A stretch of DNA of 64,000 nucleotides from Candidatus Eiseniibacteriota bacterium (lineage in GTDB: Bacteria; Eisenbacteria; RBG-16-71-46; CAZEPH01). Below are positions 1 to 9,694 of this stretch, piece after piece (positions within the stretch are counted from its first letter, which is position 1; the number at the start of each line of letters is the position of its first letter). The notes beneath the pieces are model-generated. The model searched no databases. It saw only the letters and a program-made list of their open reading frames with translations, and was not told the origin of the DNA. Location of the stretch: assembly GCA_044229145.1 (NCBI GenBank), contig JBGATO010000001.1, positions 97,210-161,209 of the forward strand. The letters run 5' to 3'. A program made the translations under genes and the position numbers.

Positions 1-943
1 CCACCGGACGCGTGCAGCGCGACGGCGAGTCGCAGACGCAGGGCCCTCCCCGCAGGACACGATGCGGCACCGTCGTCGTGTGCGCGGGGTGTGTCCAGCC
101 CGCGGGATCGTGCGGGCCGAAGAGGCCGACCGTCGGTACGCCACAGGCAATCGCCAGGTGCCGTGTGCCGTTGTCGTTGCCGACCAACACCTGCGCGGTC
201 GTCAGCAGTCCGGCGAGCGCGCGCAAGGACGGCGTTTCCGGCGCGAGCGCGACGTCGCCCTCGACGCCACCAGGCGAGCACGGCCGCCGCATCCTCCCGT
301 TCGCCCAGGCCCCAGAGCAGACGCACGCGCGCCCGCGCCGCCAACTGCGACGCCAGGGCCGCGAAGCGCGCGGGCGGCCATCGCCGCGACGCACGCCGGC
401 TCGTCGTCGTCAGGAGGACGAGCGGCGCGGGGCTCGGCGGCAGCGCCGCCGCCGCCCACACGCGATCAGGAACGTCGCCCCCACCGTCGGCGCCCGCTCC
501 ACGGCGGCGATGCCGAGCGGCCCCAGCAGGGCTTGACGTGCCGTGCCGGTGTAGAGCGTCCCGCTGCGGTCGCGCGGCACCGCATCGGTGTACAGGCGGC
601 GCCGCGCGCGCAGATCGTAGCCGATGCGCCGCGCCGCGCCGCTCCACCGGCACACCGCCGCGCTGAACGGCGTGCTGAGCACGTCGATCGCGATGGTCGG
701 ACGCGCCGCGCGCACGCGCGCCCACGCACGCGGCGCCCGCCACGGGTGCGACCAGTCCTCGCGGCGGATCGCCAGCACCGCGTCGACGGCCGGGTGTCCG
801 AGCAACGGTTCGTGGCAGCCGCGATCCATGAGAACCGTGACGTGCCACTCGGGCCGCGCCGCGCGCAACGTGTCGAGCAGGGCGGTGGTCACCAGCGCGT
901 CGCCGATGCGGCGGAATTGCGTGATCAAGACACGCTCGCTCAT
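1..943 (-). CDS. GT9 family heptosyltransferase (WaaF/WaaQ-like); runs off the window start; two apparent frameshifts (~480, ~270)
   Basis: MSERVLITQFRRIGDALVTT N-terminus; other frames continue with SRRWPPARFAALA and VLVGNDNGTRHLAIACGVPTVGLFGP (GT9 C-terminal motifs); ATGA overlap with upstream gene at 940-943. Confidence 0.85.
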
Positions 944-1998
944 GCCGCCCTTTCGGCGCGCAGGGCCGCGAGCGCGGCGAGCACGGCGTCCACCGGCGGA
1001 CCGTCCGGCACTGCGGTGACGGTGCGCACGTGCGCGCCGTAGCTCCACTCGTGCGCCTTGTCTTCGCGAAACACCAACACGCGCGGGATGCCGAGCGCCG
1101 CGGCCACATGCGCCGGTCCGGCGTCCCCGCCGATGTACACGCCGGCCTCGCCTACCAGCGCCGCGAAAGCGCGAATCGGCAACGCCGGCGCCACCCGCAC
1201 GCCGCGTGGCGCGCGTCCGGCCAGGGCATCGCGTTCGCCGGGATCGCAGGCAAGCACCACATCGTCGCCCGCCGCCGCGCAGCGCGCCGCCACCGCGACG
1301 AATGCCTCCTCCGGCCAGCGCTTGGCGCCGCGGCCTCCGGTGTGCAGCACGACACGCGGCCCACGAGGGGTGCCCCACCAGGTGGCGGCTCCGGCGCGTT
1401 CGTCCACGGTGAGGATGAGACGCGTCGCGGCATCGGCGCCGTCCGCCGGAATGTCGCAGCCGGTCAGCAACGCGCGATACACACGCGGCCGCGGGGCACG
1501 CCCGGCATCCGCGGGCACCGGCACGAGGCGATTGCCGAACCGCGCCTCGTCGCCGCGCGCGAAGCCGATTCGCCACGGCGCCGCGGTGGCGCGGGTGAGC
1601 ACGGCATCGGTGCGCGAGAACATGTGCGAATGCGCGGCGTCGATCGCGATGTCGTAGCGCGCGTCGCGGAGCGCGCGCAGCACACCGCGCAGCGCCGTCG
1701 CGGAGCGCCACAGCCGTGCGCGATCGACCGGGATCACACGCGCCACGAGCGGATCGGCCTCGAGGATGTCGGCGAACGCCGCATGCGCCACCACGTCGAT
1801 CCGCGCGTCCGGCCAGTGCGCACGCAGCGGTTCGAACAACGTCGTGATGGTGAGCAGATTGCCGAGCCGGCGGTCGCTCCGCACGATCGCGATGCGCGGC
1901 GCGGCAGGCGGCTGCCAGTCAGGCGACTCGCGCACCGGCAACAGCCACGGCACCGCCCACGCCGCCAGACGCGTGCGCGCCGTGCGGGTCAGGCTCAT
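940..1998 (-). CDS. GT9 family glycosyltransferase (heptosyltransferase-like)
   Basis: RIAIVRSDRRLGNLL, KRWPEEAF, GGDAGPAHVAAALG motifs; ATG at 1998 overlaps upstream stop. Confidence 0.9.
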   Translation of the reverse strand: MSLTRTARTRLAAWAVPWLLPVRESPDWQPPAAPRIAIVRSDRRLGNLLTITTLFEPLRAHWPDARIDVVAHAAFADILEADPLVARVIPVDRARLWRSATALRGVLRALRDARYDIAIDAAHSHMFSRTDAVLTRATAAPWRIGFARGDEARFGNRLVPVPADAGRAPRPRVYRALLTGCDIPADGADAATRLILTVDERAGAATWWGTPRGPRVVLHTGGRGAKRWPEEAFVAVAARCAAAGDDVVLACDPGERDALAGRAPRGVRVAPALPIRAFAALVGEAGVYIGGDAGPAHVAAALGIPRVLVFREDKAHEWSYGAHVRTVTAVPDGPPVDAVLAALAALRAERAA

Positions 1999-2609
1999 CG
2001 ATGCGACCACACCGCCCGGGTCGCGAAGACGGCGAAGAGAAGAACAGTAGTTTGAAACGTGCGTGTCTCGCTCCGCCACGCGGCGTGCCAATCGGCGGCA
2101 CGCGCCTCCGCCTGCGCCCACGCCGTCGCGCGGACGCCGAACCGCGGCACCGCCGCGCAATAGGTGTCGTACGCACTGCCGAACAACTCGCGTAAGCGCG
2201 CCTCTTCGACCCGGACGATGAACCCGTACTGCACTGCGAACGCCGCCAACACCGCGAGCAACATCCACGGCATCCAGGCGTGGGCGAGCACCACGAACCC
2301 CGCGGTCATCAGCAGATTGCCCAGGTAGAGCGGGTTGCGGGTGCGCGCGTATGGGCCGCTGGTGACCAAGCGCGGCGCGCCGACCTCGCGCGTGCGCGTC
2401 GCCGAGCCGGCGTGCGCGACGCCCCACAACCGCACGCACTCGCCGAGCACCACCAACACCGTGCCGGTGATCACCGAACGGCGCGTCGGATGCGCGCCGA
2501 TCCACGCCGCGAGGACCAGCGGAATCGGCGTGTACCCGCGCAGCTTGAACAGCCACGTGCCGACGGCTTGGGAGGGTGTCCTCGCCGCCGCCCCCGCATC
2601 AGACGGCAT
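1995..2609 (-). CDS. Isoprenylcysteine carboxylmethyltransferase/PEMT family membrane methyltransferase
   Basis: LVTSGPYARTRNPLYLG and EEARLRELFGSAYDTYCAAVPRF motifs; hydrophobic segments. Confidence 0.9.
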   Translation of the reverse strand: MPSDAGAAARTPSQAVGTWLFKLRGYTPIPLVLAAWIGAHPTRRSVITGTVLVVLGECVRLWGVAHAGSATRTREVGAPRLVTSGPYARTRNPLYLGNLLMTAGFVVLAHAWMPWMLLAVLAAFAVQYGFIVRVEEARLRELFGSAYDTYCAAVPRFGVRATAWAQAEARAADWHAAWRSETRTFQTTVLLFAVFATRAVWSHR

Positions 2610-4037
2610 GGCGCGACTCCAACACCGCGCCGAGCGTGCGCGCGACGATCGTTGCGTCCAGCGTCAGGGACCAGTGCTCCACGTAATAGAGATCGTACAG
2701 GGTGCGCTCCTCGAAATCGGCGTCGCCGCGCAGATCGTGGATCTGCGCCCAGCCGGTCATGCCACTCTTCACACGGTGGCGGACGAAGTAATCCGGAATC
2801 GTGCGTTCGAGATCCGCCACGAACGCCGGCCGCTCCGGGCGCGGTCCGACCAGACTCATATCGCCGCGCAGCACGTTCCACAGTTGCGGCAGTTCATCGA
2901 GCGAGAACCGCCGCAGGACTGCACCGAGCCGCGTGCGGCGCGGATCCGCCGCGATCGCCCGGCGCGGTGCGCCATCGGCCTCGGCATCCAGGCGCATCGT
3001 GCGGAACTTGTAGATCACGAAACGCCGCAGGTCGCGTCCGACGCGTTCTTGCGCGTAGAACACCGGCCCCGGGGAATCGAGACGCACCGCCACCGCGAGC
3101 ACCGCGAACAGCGGTGCCAACGCCACCAACAGCAGTGCCGACACCGCGATATCCATCGCCCGCTTGGCGACGATCTTCCAACCCGCGAGCGGCGACTCGC
3201 GCAGTCCGATCAGCGGGACACCCGCCAGCGACGTCATCACCGGATGCGCCGGCAGCAACTCCGCCACTTCAGGCACGAACTCGATGTCGATCCCGGCGGC
3301 ATGCAGGCGTGCCAGCACCGCGGGCAGATGCGGCGCACTTGCCCACGGCAACGCGACCAGCAGGTGGTTCAAGCGATGCCGCGCGACGAGGTCCTCGAGG
3401 TCCGCGATCGCGCCGAGCCACGGCACGCTTTCGCCGCGCGTGACACCGCCGTCGCGCGGCATTCCGACCGCGCCACAAAACGCGTGCCCCACCGGCGCGC
3501 GACGCGCCAGGTCGCGCGCCAAGTACACGGCCATCGGACCATCGCCCACCACGGCCACGCGCGCCCACGGCTCACGCACCGCGCGCCGCAGCACCGCCGA
3601 GGCCGCCCGCCGCAAGCCGATCACGGCGACCCAGCCGCACACCCACGTCAGCGGCATCACCACGCGGCTGTAGCTGAAGCCGCGATAGAAGAACGACAGG
3701 CCGCCGGCCAGTAACGTCGCGACGACGCTGGCGCGGGTGATCGCCGCCGCGTCACCCTCGGCGCGCCGGCCGCGCGCGTCGTACAGGCCGGCATTGCGGA
3801 ACGCCAATGTCCACAACACGCCAAGCGCGAGGCCGGCAAACAAGGTAGGCCGGGGTGGATCCGAACGCCCCTGGGTCGCCGGGACCCAGCGCGTGAGCGG
3901 CGACGCGAACCGGATGGTGTACGCCGCCAGCACGCCGCACATCGCCCCCACCATGTCGAGCACCCACCACAGCGCGCTCAGTTGCAGCAGCCGCAGGCGG
4001 CGCTCGGTGCGGCCGAGCCGCGCGCCGTGGGGCTCAC
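2599..4037 (-). CDS. Undecaprenyl-phosphate sugar phosphotransferase (WcaJ-like); start uncertain
   Basis: [45 protein letters not shown] motifs; the GTG overlapping the upstream stop (4037) is out of frame with the body. Confidence 0.9.
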
Positions 4038-5158
4038 GCGGACGCCTCGAGCGCCGGATGCGCGAACCCCGGCACCACGCGCGCCAACGACGCCAGGACG
4101 CGAGACTGGAATGCGGTCGTGGTGTACGGCGCCGCCTCGCGCCGCGCCGTCGCGTCGTCGATGCGCACCGCATCCACGCGGCACAATCCGTCCGCCAGCG
4201 CCTCCACCGATTGCTCGCCGACGTACACGCCGGTCACGCCGTCACGCACGGTTTCGAGCGCCCCGCCGCGCGCGTACGCCACCACCGGCGTGCCGCAGGC
4301 GATCGCCTCGACCGGTACCAGCCCGAAGTCCTCTTCGCCTGGGAAGACCAGACACCGCGCGCCCCGCATGTAGCGCACGACCTCCTCCATCGACGCCCAG
4401 CCGACGAACGTCGTTTCCGGACCGGCCAGGCGTTCGAGCCGCGCGCGTTCGACGCCGGTCCCGATGACCACCAAGCGCCGGCCGGTAGCGCGCGCCGCGC
4501 GCACGGCAAGATCGACACGTTTGTACGGCACCAAGGCCGAGAGCACGAGATCGTAGTCGCCGCGCGGCGCGTGGGCCTCCGGCGTGAACCGCTCGGTATC
4601 GATCCACATGCCGATCACCTCGCTGTCGCGCGCGTAGGTGCGCTGGATGCGTTCACGCACGTTCTCGCAGTCGGTGAGGAAGTGATGCACGCGCGGCAGC
4701 GTCGCGAGATCCCACGCGCGCAGCCGCGCCGCGACGGCCGGCATGACCGCGCGCGTCAGCGGCCCCGCGACCTCCGGCCCCCAGTAGGCGTCGTACATGT
4801 CCCAGACGTAGCGCATCGGCGTGAAGCAGTAGCAGACGTGCGTGGCGCCCGGCGCCACCCGCACGCCCTTCGCCACGCAGTGGCTGAGGCTGAGGACGAG
4901 GTCGTAGCCGCGCAGGTCGAAACTCTCGATCGCCGCGGGAAACAGCGGCAGGTAGCGTTGGTGGCGGCGCCGGGCGCCGGGGAGGCGCTGCACGAACGAC
5001 GTGTGGATGGGGTGTGACGCAATCGTCGGGCTCACCGAGCCGTCGTGGTGCACAAGCGTGTAGATCGGCGCGTCCGGGAAGAGGTCGCAGACCGCCTCCA
5101 GGCACTTCTCGCCGCCCCGCATTCCCGTCAACCAATCGTGCACCAACGCCACGCGCAT
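4034..5158 (-). CDS. GT4 family glycosyltransferase
   Basis: MRVALVHDWLTGMRGGEKCLE; EDFGLVPVEAIACGTPVV (Ex7E). Confidence 0.92.
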   Translation of the reverse strand: MRVALVHDWLTGMRGGEKCLEAVCDLFPDAPIYTLVHHDGSVSPTIASHPIHTSFVQRLPGARRRHQRYLPLFPAAIESFDLRGYDLVLSLSHCVAKGVRVAPGATHVCYCFTPMRYVWDMYDAYWGPEVAGPLTRAVMPAVAARLRAWDLATLPRVHHFLTDCENVRERIQRTYARDSEVIGMWIDTERFTPEAHAPRGDYDLVLSALVPYKRVDLAVRAARATGRRLVVIGTGVERARLERLAGPETTFVGWASMEEVVRYMRGARCLVFPGEEDFGLVPVEAIACGTPVVAYARGGALETVRDGVTGVYVGEQSVEALADGLCRVDAVRIDDATARREAAPYTTTAFQSRVLASLARVVPGFAHPALEASA

Positions 5159-5515
5159 GGGGGCGCAGTCTAGCGGTGCGCCCCCCGTGCCACAACCGGA
5201 ACCACGGTCCCCTGCCGGCACGCGGATCCCCGACCCGCCGGCCGATAATCACGAGAGCGGGAGGCAGCCCGGAGTCGCTCCGCGGCGTCGAACGCCCCGT
5301 GACCGTGCCCCACGGTCCCGCGGCCCCCGCGGGGTCCGCTTCTGCCGGATTTCCGGTTGTTCCCTGCGGCATCGACTGTTAGCCTGCGGCGGCGACGTGC
5401 GAATCCGCCCCGATCGGCGGCGTCGCGTGTCGTCCGGCGTTGCTTCGGCTCCCCCCCACGTCAGGAGGACAGGACCACGACTCGGTCGTCTTCGCGCCCA
5501 GGATGGCGCCTCAAC

Positions 5516-6727
5516 TTGTTCGGGATCGTCTGGCTGGCGATCCTTCTCGGCGGTGCGCTGCGCGCATCGTCCGCCGACGCCGCGCCGGCGCGGCGCGTGT
5601 ACCCGCATTTCGGCTCGGGCTCGACCGACACCACCGCGATCGTGCGCACCCCCGTCGTCTCCCAGACGCCGGCGGGCGTGCGCGCCTTGGCGCGGGGCGG
5701 CGTGACGCACAGTGACAGTCTCGCCGATTCGCTCGACACCCAAGATGCATCCGCGCTCGCCTTCGGCGTCGCGACGTACCCGGTGATCGTGCCGGAGACC
5801 AACGAGCGCGTGCAGCAGTTCCTCCGCATGTACACGGTGACCAAGCGCCGCACGTTCCAGGGGTGGCTCAACCGCGCGGGACCGTACTTTCCTCTGGTCG
5901 CCAAGAAACTGAGCGATGCGGGCCTGCCGATCGAACTCGCGTGCGTGGTGTTCATCGAGAGCGGCTTCAACCTCGGGGCGCGCTCGTGGGCGCAGGCCGT
6001 CGGGCCGTGGCAGTTCATCGCCGGCACCGCGCGCCTGTTCGGCCTCTCGGTCACCCGCGACGTCGATGAACGTCACGACATCGAACGCTCCACCGAGGCC
6101 GCGGCCAAGATGTTCGCCCGGCTCTACGACACCTTCGGCTCGTGGCCGCTGTCGCTCGCCGCGTACAACTGCGGCGAAGGGTGCGTCGGGCGCGCGGTGG
6201 GTCGCCAGCGGACGTCGGACTTCTGGAGCATGCGCTTGCCGCGCGAGACGCAGGATTACGTCGCGCAGTTCATGGCGGTGCTGCTGATCCTGCGCAGCCC
6301 GGAGCAGTACGGCTTCACGCTGCCGGGCTCCGATCCGCTCGTCTATCGCGAGGCGACGACGACGCGCCGCACCAACCTCAGTTCGCTCGCCCGCCGCTGC
6401 GGCGTCGAGCCGTCCACGGTGCTGTCGCTCAACCCCGCGTACCGCGGCGGCTGGGCGCCGGCCGGCCGCACGATCCGCCTGCCGCTCGCCGTCGAACCGG
6501 ACGTCGCCAACACCGCGCTCGCGGTGGAGGACACACCGGCGGCGAAGCAGCGGGTGCCGCGCGCCACACCGCGGCACCGGGTGCGGGAACGCGATCGCAG
6601 CGACGCCGGCCACCGCGGCAGTTCCTCCGCGTCGCAGACGGCGCGCGCCGCGCGTCTGCGCATCGCGCCGCCCCCAGGCGACGCCACCGACTCGCACTCG
6701 CTCGCGCGCGCGGCGGAGGCGCGCTAG
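5516..6727 (+). CDS. Lytic transglycosylase (MltD-like SLT domain plus LysM-like segment), secreted; start uncertain (TTG)
   Basis: FIESGFN, AVGPWQFIAGTA, LAAYNCGEG, LPRETQDYV; signal-peptide-like N-terminus. Confidence 0.88.
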   Translation: MFGIVWLAILLGGALRASSADAAPARRVYPHFGSGSTDTTAIVRTPVVSQTPAGVRALARGGVTHSDSLADSLDTQDASALAFGVATYPVIVPETNERVQQFLRMYTVTKRRTFQGWLNRAGPYFPLVAKKLSDAGLPIELACVVFIESGFNLGARSWAQAVGPWQFIAGTARLFGLSVTRDVDERHDIERSTEAAAKMFARLYDTFGSWPLSLAAYNCGEGCVGRAVGRQRTSDFWSMRLPRETQDYVAQFMAVLLILRSPEQYGFTLPGSDPLVYREATTTRRTNLSSLARRCGVEPSTVLSLNPAYRGGWAPAGRTIRLPLAVEPDVANTALAVEDTPAAKQRVPRATPRHRVRERDRSDAGHRGSSSASQTARAARLRIAPPPGDATDSHSLARAAEAR

Positions 6728-7824
6728 CCGCGAAGCTCGCGTACGACGTCACCGTTCTCCGCGGCCCGCGCAGCGGCATCGCCGCGGTCGTGGAGAACGG
6801 CGCCGTCGCTCTCGCGAGGCAGCTGCCCGCCGGATCGCTCGCGCTCCTCTGCAACGCCCCGCCTCGTCTCACCAGTGCACTGGCCGCACCCTGCCACGCC
6901 GGTCTCACGCTGCCGTGGCGCGCCCTCTGGATGCACGCCGTCGCCCCGCTATTGCTCGCGCAGTTGCGCCCCGACCTCACGCACTGGACGAACTACAACG
7001 CGCCGGTGTGCGGTGGCGGCCGGTTCGTCGTCACCTTCCACGACCTGTCGATGTGGCGCTTCCCCGCGTTCTTCGGCTGGAAGAAGCGCTGGTTGAGCCG
7101 CACCGTGATGCCGCACACGGCGCGACGCGCGCGCGTCATCGTGACGCTGAGTGAGGCGATGAAGCGTGAGATCGTCGACACCTTCGGCATCGGCGCGGAC
7201 CGCGTGTGCGTCGCGTATCCCGCGCCGGACGCGCACTTCGCACCGGTGGCAGATCCGGCGCCGGTGCTCGCGCGTCACCGTCTCACGCGGCCCTATCTCC
7301 TGTTCGTCGGTACCTGGGAGCCACGCAAGAACCTTCCGCGCTTGCTCGAGGCCTTTGCCTTGCTCGACGACCCGACGCTCGACCTCGCCATCGTCGGCGC
7401 GCGCGGCTGGCAGGACGGTCCGCTGCGCGCGGCGCTCGCGGCCTCGCCGCGCCGCGAGGCGATCCATGTGCTCGAGTATCTCGCCGCGGAGGATTTGCCG
7501 GCGTTGTACAGCGGAGCCGCGGCCCTGGTGTCGCCCTCGTTGTACGAAGGGTTCGGCCTGCCGCCTGTGGAGGCGATGGCGTGCGGCACCCCGGCCGTCG
7601 TGTCGGACATCGCGGCACACCGGGAGGTGTGTGGCGACGCGGCGTTCTATTGCGATCCCGCCTCGTCGGACGACATCGCACGCGCCGTGCGCGCGGTGCT
7701 CGCGCTCACGGCGGATACTCGCGCCGGCGTGACCGCTCGCGGTCAGGCGCACGCGGCGCGGTACTCGTGGGAGCGGCACGCCGAGGCCTTGCGCGCCGCG
7801 TACGCGCGCGCCCTCGACGACTAG
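6724..7824 (+). CDS. GT4 family glycosyltransferase; no canonical start at the expected position
   Basis: KLAYDVTVLRGPRSGI N-terminus, VVTFHDL, GTWEPRKN, SLYEGFGLPPVEAMACGTP. Confidence 0.88.
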   Translation, partial: LAAKLAYDVTVLRGPRSGIAAVVENGAVALARQLPAGSLALLCNAPPRLTSALAAPCHAGLTLPWRALWMHAVAPLLLAQLRPDLTHWTNYNAPVCGGGRFVVTFHDLSMWRFPAFFGWKKRWLSRTVMPHTARRARVIVTLSEAMKREIVDTFGIGADRVCVAYPAPDAHFAPVADPAPVLARHRLTRPYLLFVGTWEPRKNLPRLLEAFALLDDPTLDLAIVGARGWQDGPLRAALAASPRREAIHVLEYLAAEDLPALYSGAAALVSPSLYEGFGLPPVEAMACGTPAVVSDIAAHREVCGDAAFYCDPASSDDIARAVRAVLALTADTRAGVTARGQAHAARYSWERHAEALRAAYARALDD

Positions 7825-9005
7825 AGCAGACGCGGCTCGAGGAAATCCGCCAACACATCGTGCGCGACGAACCAGCGTGACGCCGGCATCCACACGCGCA
7901 TCCCGTCGCGTTGGAGCGTGCCCTGCGCCGTGTGGCGCGCCAGAACCGCCTCGTACACGGCGGCGCAGTCCACTCCGAGGCGGCGCGACGCGGCCGCGAG
8001 ATCCACACCTTCTCGCACGCGGAGGCCCAGGAACATCGTCTCCGCGACGATCTGCGACGGAGTCAACGTTTCGCGTTCGCCGCGAATGTCCGCACCCGCG
8101 GCGAGTCGCGTCGCGTACTCCGCGATATCGGAGGCGTTCGCCCAGCGCTCGGCGCCGAGCAGACTGTGCGCGCCGGGGCCGAGTCCGAGATAGTCGTCGC
8201 GCCGCCAGTAACCGAGGTTGTGCTGCGAGCGGTGGCCGGGCCGCGCGGCGTTGGAGACTTCGTAGTGGTCCCACCCATCCGCGGCCAACCAGGCGCGCGC
8301 CGCGTCGTAGCGCGCGGCCTGCGCATCGTCGTCCGGGAGGACGAGTCCCTTGCGCACTTGGCGCTCCAACACCGTCCCCGGCTCGAGCCCGAGGCCGTAG
8401 AACGAGAGATGCTCCGGCTCGAGTGCCGTGAACGCCTCGTAGCTCGCCCGCCACGCGGCCGCCGTCTCCTCGGGCAGGCCGAACATGCAATCGAGGTTGA
8501 TCTCGTCGAATCCGCCATCGCGCGCGCGGCGCACCGCGGCCTCGACCGTCGCCCAGGTGTGCGGGCGGTTCAACGCACGCAGCGCGTCATCGTCCGGGGT
8601 CTGCGCGCCGAGCGACAGGCGCGTCACGCCGGCCGCGCGCAATGCCGCGACATGCGCCGCGTCGATGTTCTCCGGATTCGCCTCACTGGTGAACTCGACG
8701 ACCGCGCGCAGGTCGAACGCCTCGCGCAGCCACGCACCGACCTGCACGATCTGCTCCGGCGACAAGACCGTCGGCGTGCCCCCGCCCCAGAACACCGTGT
8801 GGACTGCGCGCCCCGCCACCGCTGCCGCCCTCACGTCGATCTCCCGTCGCAACGCGTCGAGATACCGCGCGACCCGCGCCTCCGACACGCCCCGCGTCAC
8901 GAAGGCGCAATACGTGCAGCGCTTGCGGCAGAACGGCACATGCAGATAGAGACCGAGACGCGGCGCGTCCCCGCGCGGCGTCTCGGCCTCCTCGTGCCAC
9001 GACAT
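7821..9005 (-). CDS. hemW: Radical SAM heme chaperone HemW (HemN-like)
   Basis: LYLHVPFCRKRCTYCAF, GGGTPT, HYEVSN, HNLGYW, YLGLGPGAHS; downstream of lepA-lepB. Confidence 0.88.
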   Translation of the reverse strand: MSWHEEAETPRGDAPRLGLYLHVPFCRKRCTYCAFVTRGVSEARVARYLDALRREIDVRAAAVAGRAVHTVFWGGGTPTVLSPEQIVQVGAWLREAFDLRAVVEFTSEANPENIDAAHVAALRAAGVTRLSLGAQTPDDDALRALNRPHTWATVEAAVRRARDGGFDEINLDCMFGLPEETAAAWRASYEAFTALEPEHLSFYGLGLEPGTVLERQVRKGLVLPDDDAQAARYDAARAWLAADGWDHYEVSNAARPGHRSQHNLGYWRRDDYLGLGPGAHSLLGAERWANASDIAEYATRLAAGADIRGERETLTPSQIVAETMFLGLRVREGVDLAAASRRLGVDCAAVYEAVLARHTAQGTLQRDGMRVWMPASRWFVAHDVLADFLEPRLL

Positions 9006-9013
9006 CGACGCGC

Positions 9014-9694
9014 CTATTTGACGAGGTGGAACAAGCGACCCAATCGCGGCCGCATGTGCTCGGAGTCCCACGACCAGTAGATGATCAGCGCCTTGCCCTT
9101 GACGTTCTCCAGCGGAACGAATCCCCAATAACGGCCGTCGCTCGAGTTCTCGCGATTGTCGCCCATGCAGAACAGATTGCCCGGCGGCACACGGAACGGC
9201 GGGTCGTTGTCGCGCACATTGATGCCGGTGGGCGTCTTGTACGGGTAGATCGTCGGGTCGACGTGCTTGGTGTACGGCTCGTCGAGCGGCTTGCCGTCGA
9301 CGAACACCACCTTGTTGCGGATCTCGACCGTCTGCCCTTCGCTGGCGATCACGCGCTTGATGAAGTCGACCTTCTTGTCGAGCGGATACTGGAACACGAT
9401 GATGTCGCCGGTCTTGGGATGGCGGAGGCCCGGCAAACGGTCCTTCTCGGTGAACGGAATCCGCGCGCCGTAGACCAGCTTGTTGACGAACAGGAAGTCG
9501 CCGATCTGCAGCGTGTCGAGCATCGAGCCGGACGGGATGCGGAACGCCTGGAACATGAAGGTGCGGATGATGAGCGTGAGGACGACGGCGCCGCCGATTG
9601 CCTCGATCCACTCCCGCAGCTGACCCTTGCGCGGGGCACTCCCGCCCGCCGCCGACGCCGCACGCGCACGCGTGCCGTATTGAGGTGCCGCCAC
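9014..9694 (-). CDS. lepB: Signal peptidase I
   Basis: IPSGSM, GDFLFVNK, FIKRVI, MGDNRENSSDGRYWG. Confidence 0.95.
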   Translation of the reverse strand: MAAPQYGTRARAASAAGGSAPRKGQLREWIEAIGGAVVLTLIIRTFMFQAFRIPSGSMLDTLQIGDFLFVNKLVYGARIPFTEKDRLPGLRHPKTGDIIVFQYPLDKKVDFIKRVIASEGQTVEIRNKVVFVDGKPLDEPYTKHVDPTIYPYKTPTGINVRDNDPPFRVPPGNLFCMGDNRENSSDGRYWGFVPLENVKGKALIIYWSWDSEHMRPRLGRLFHLVK

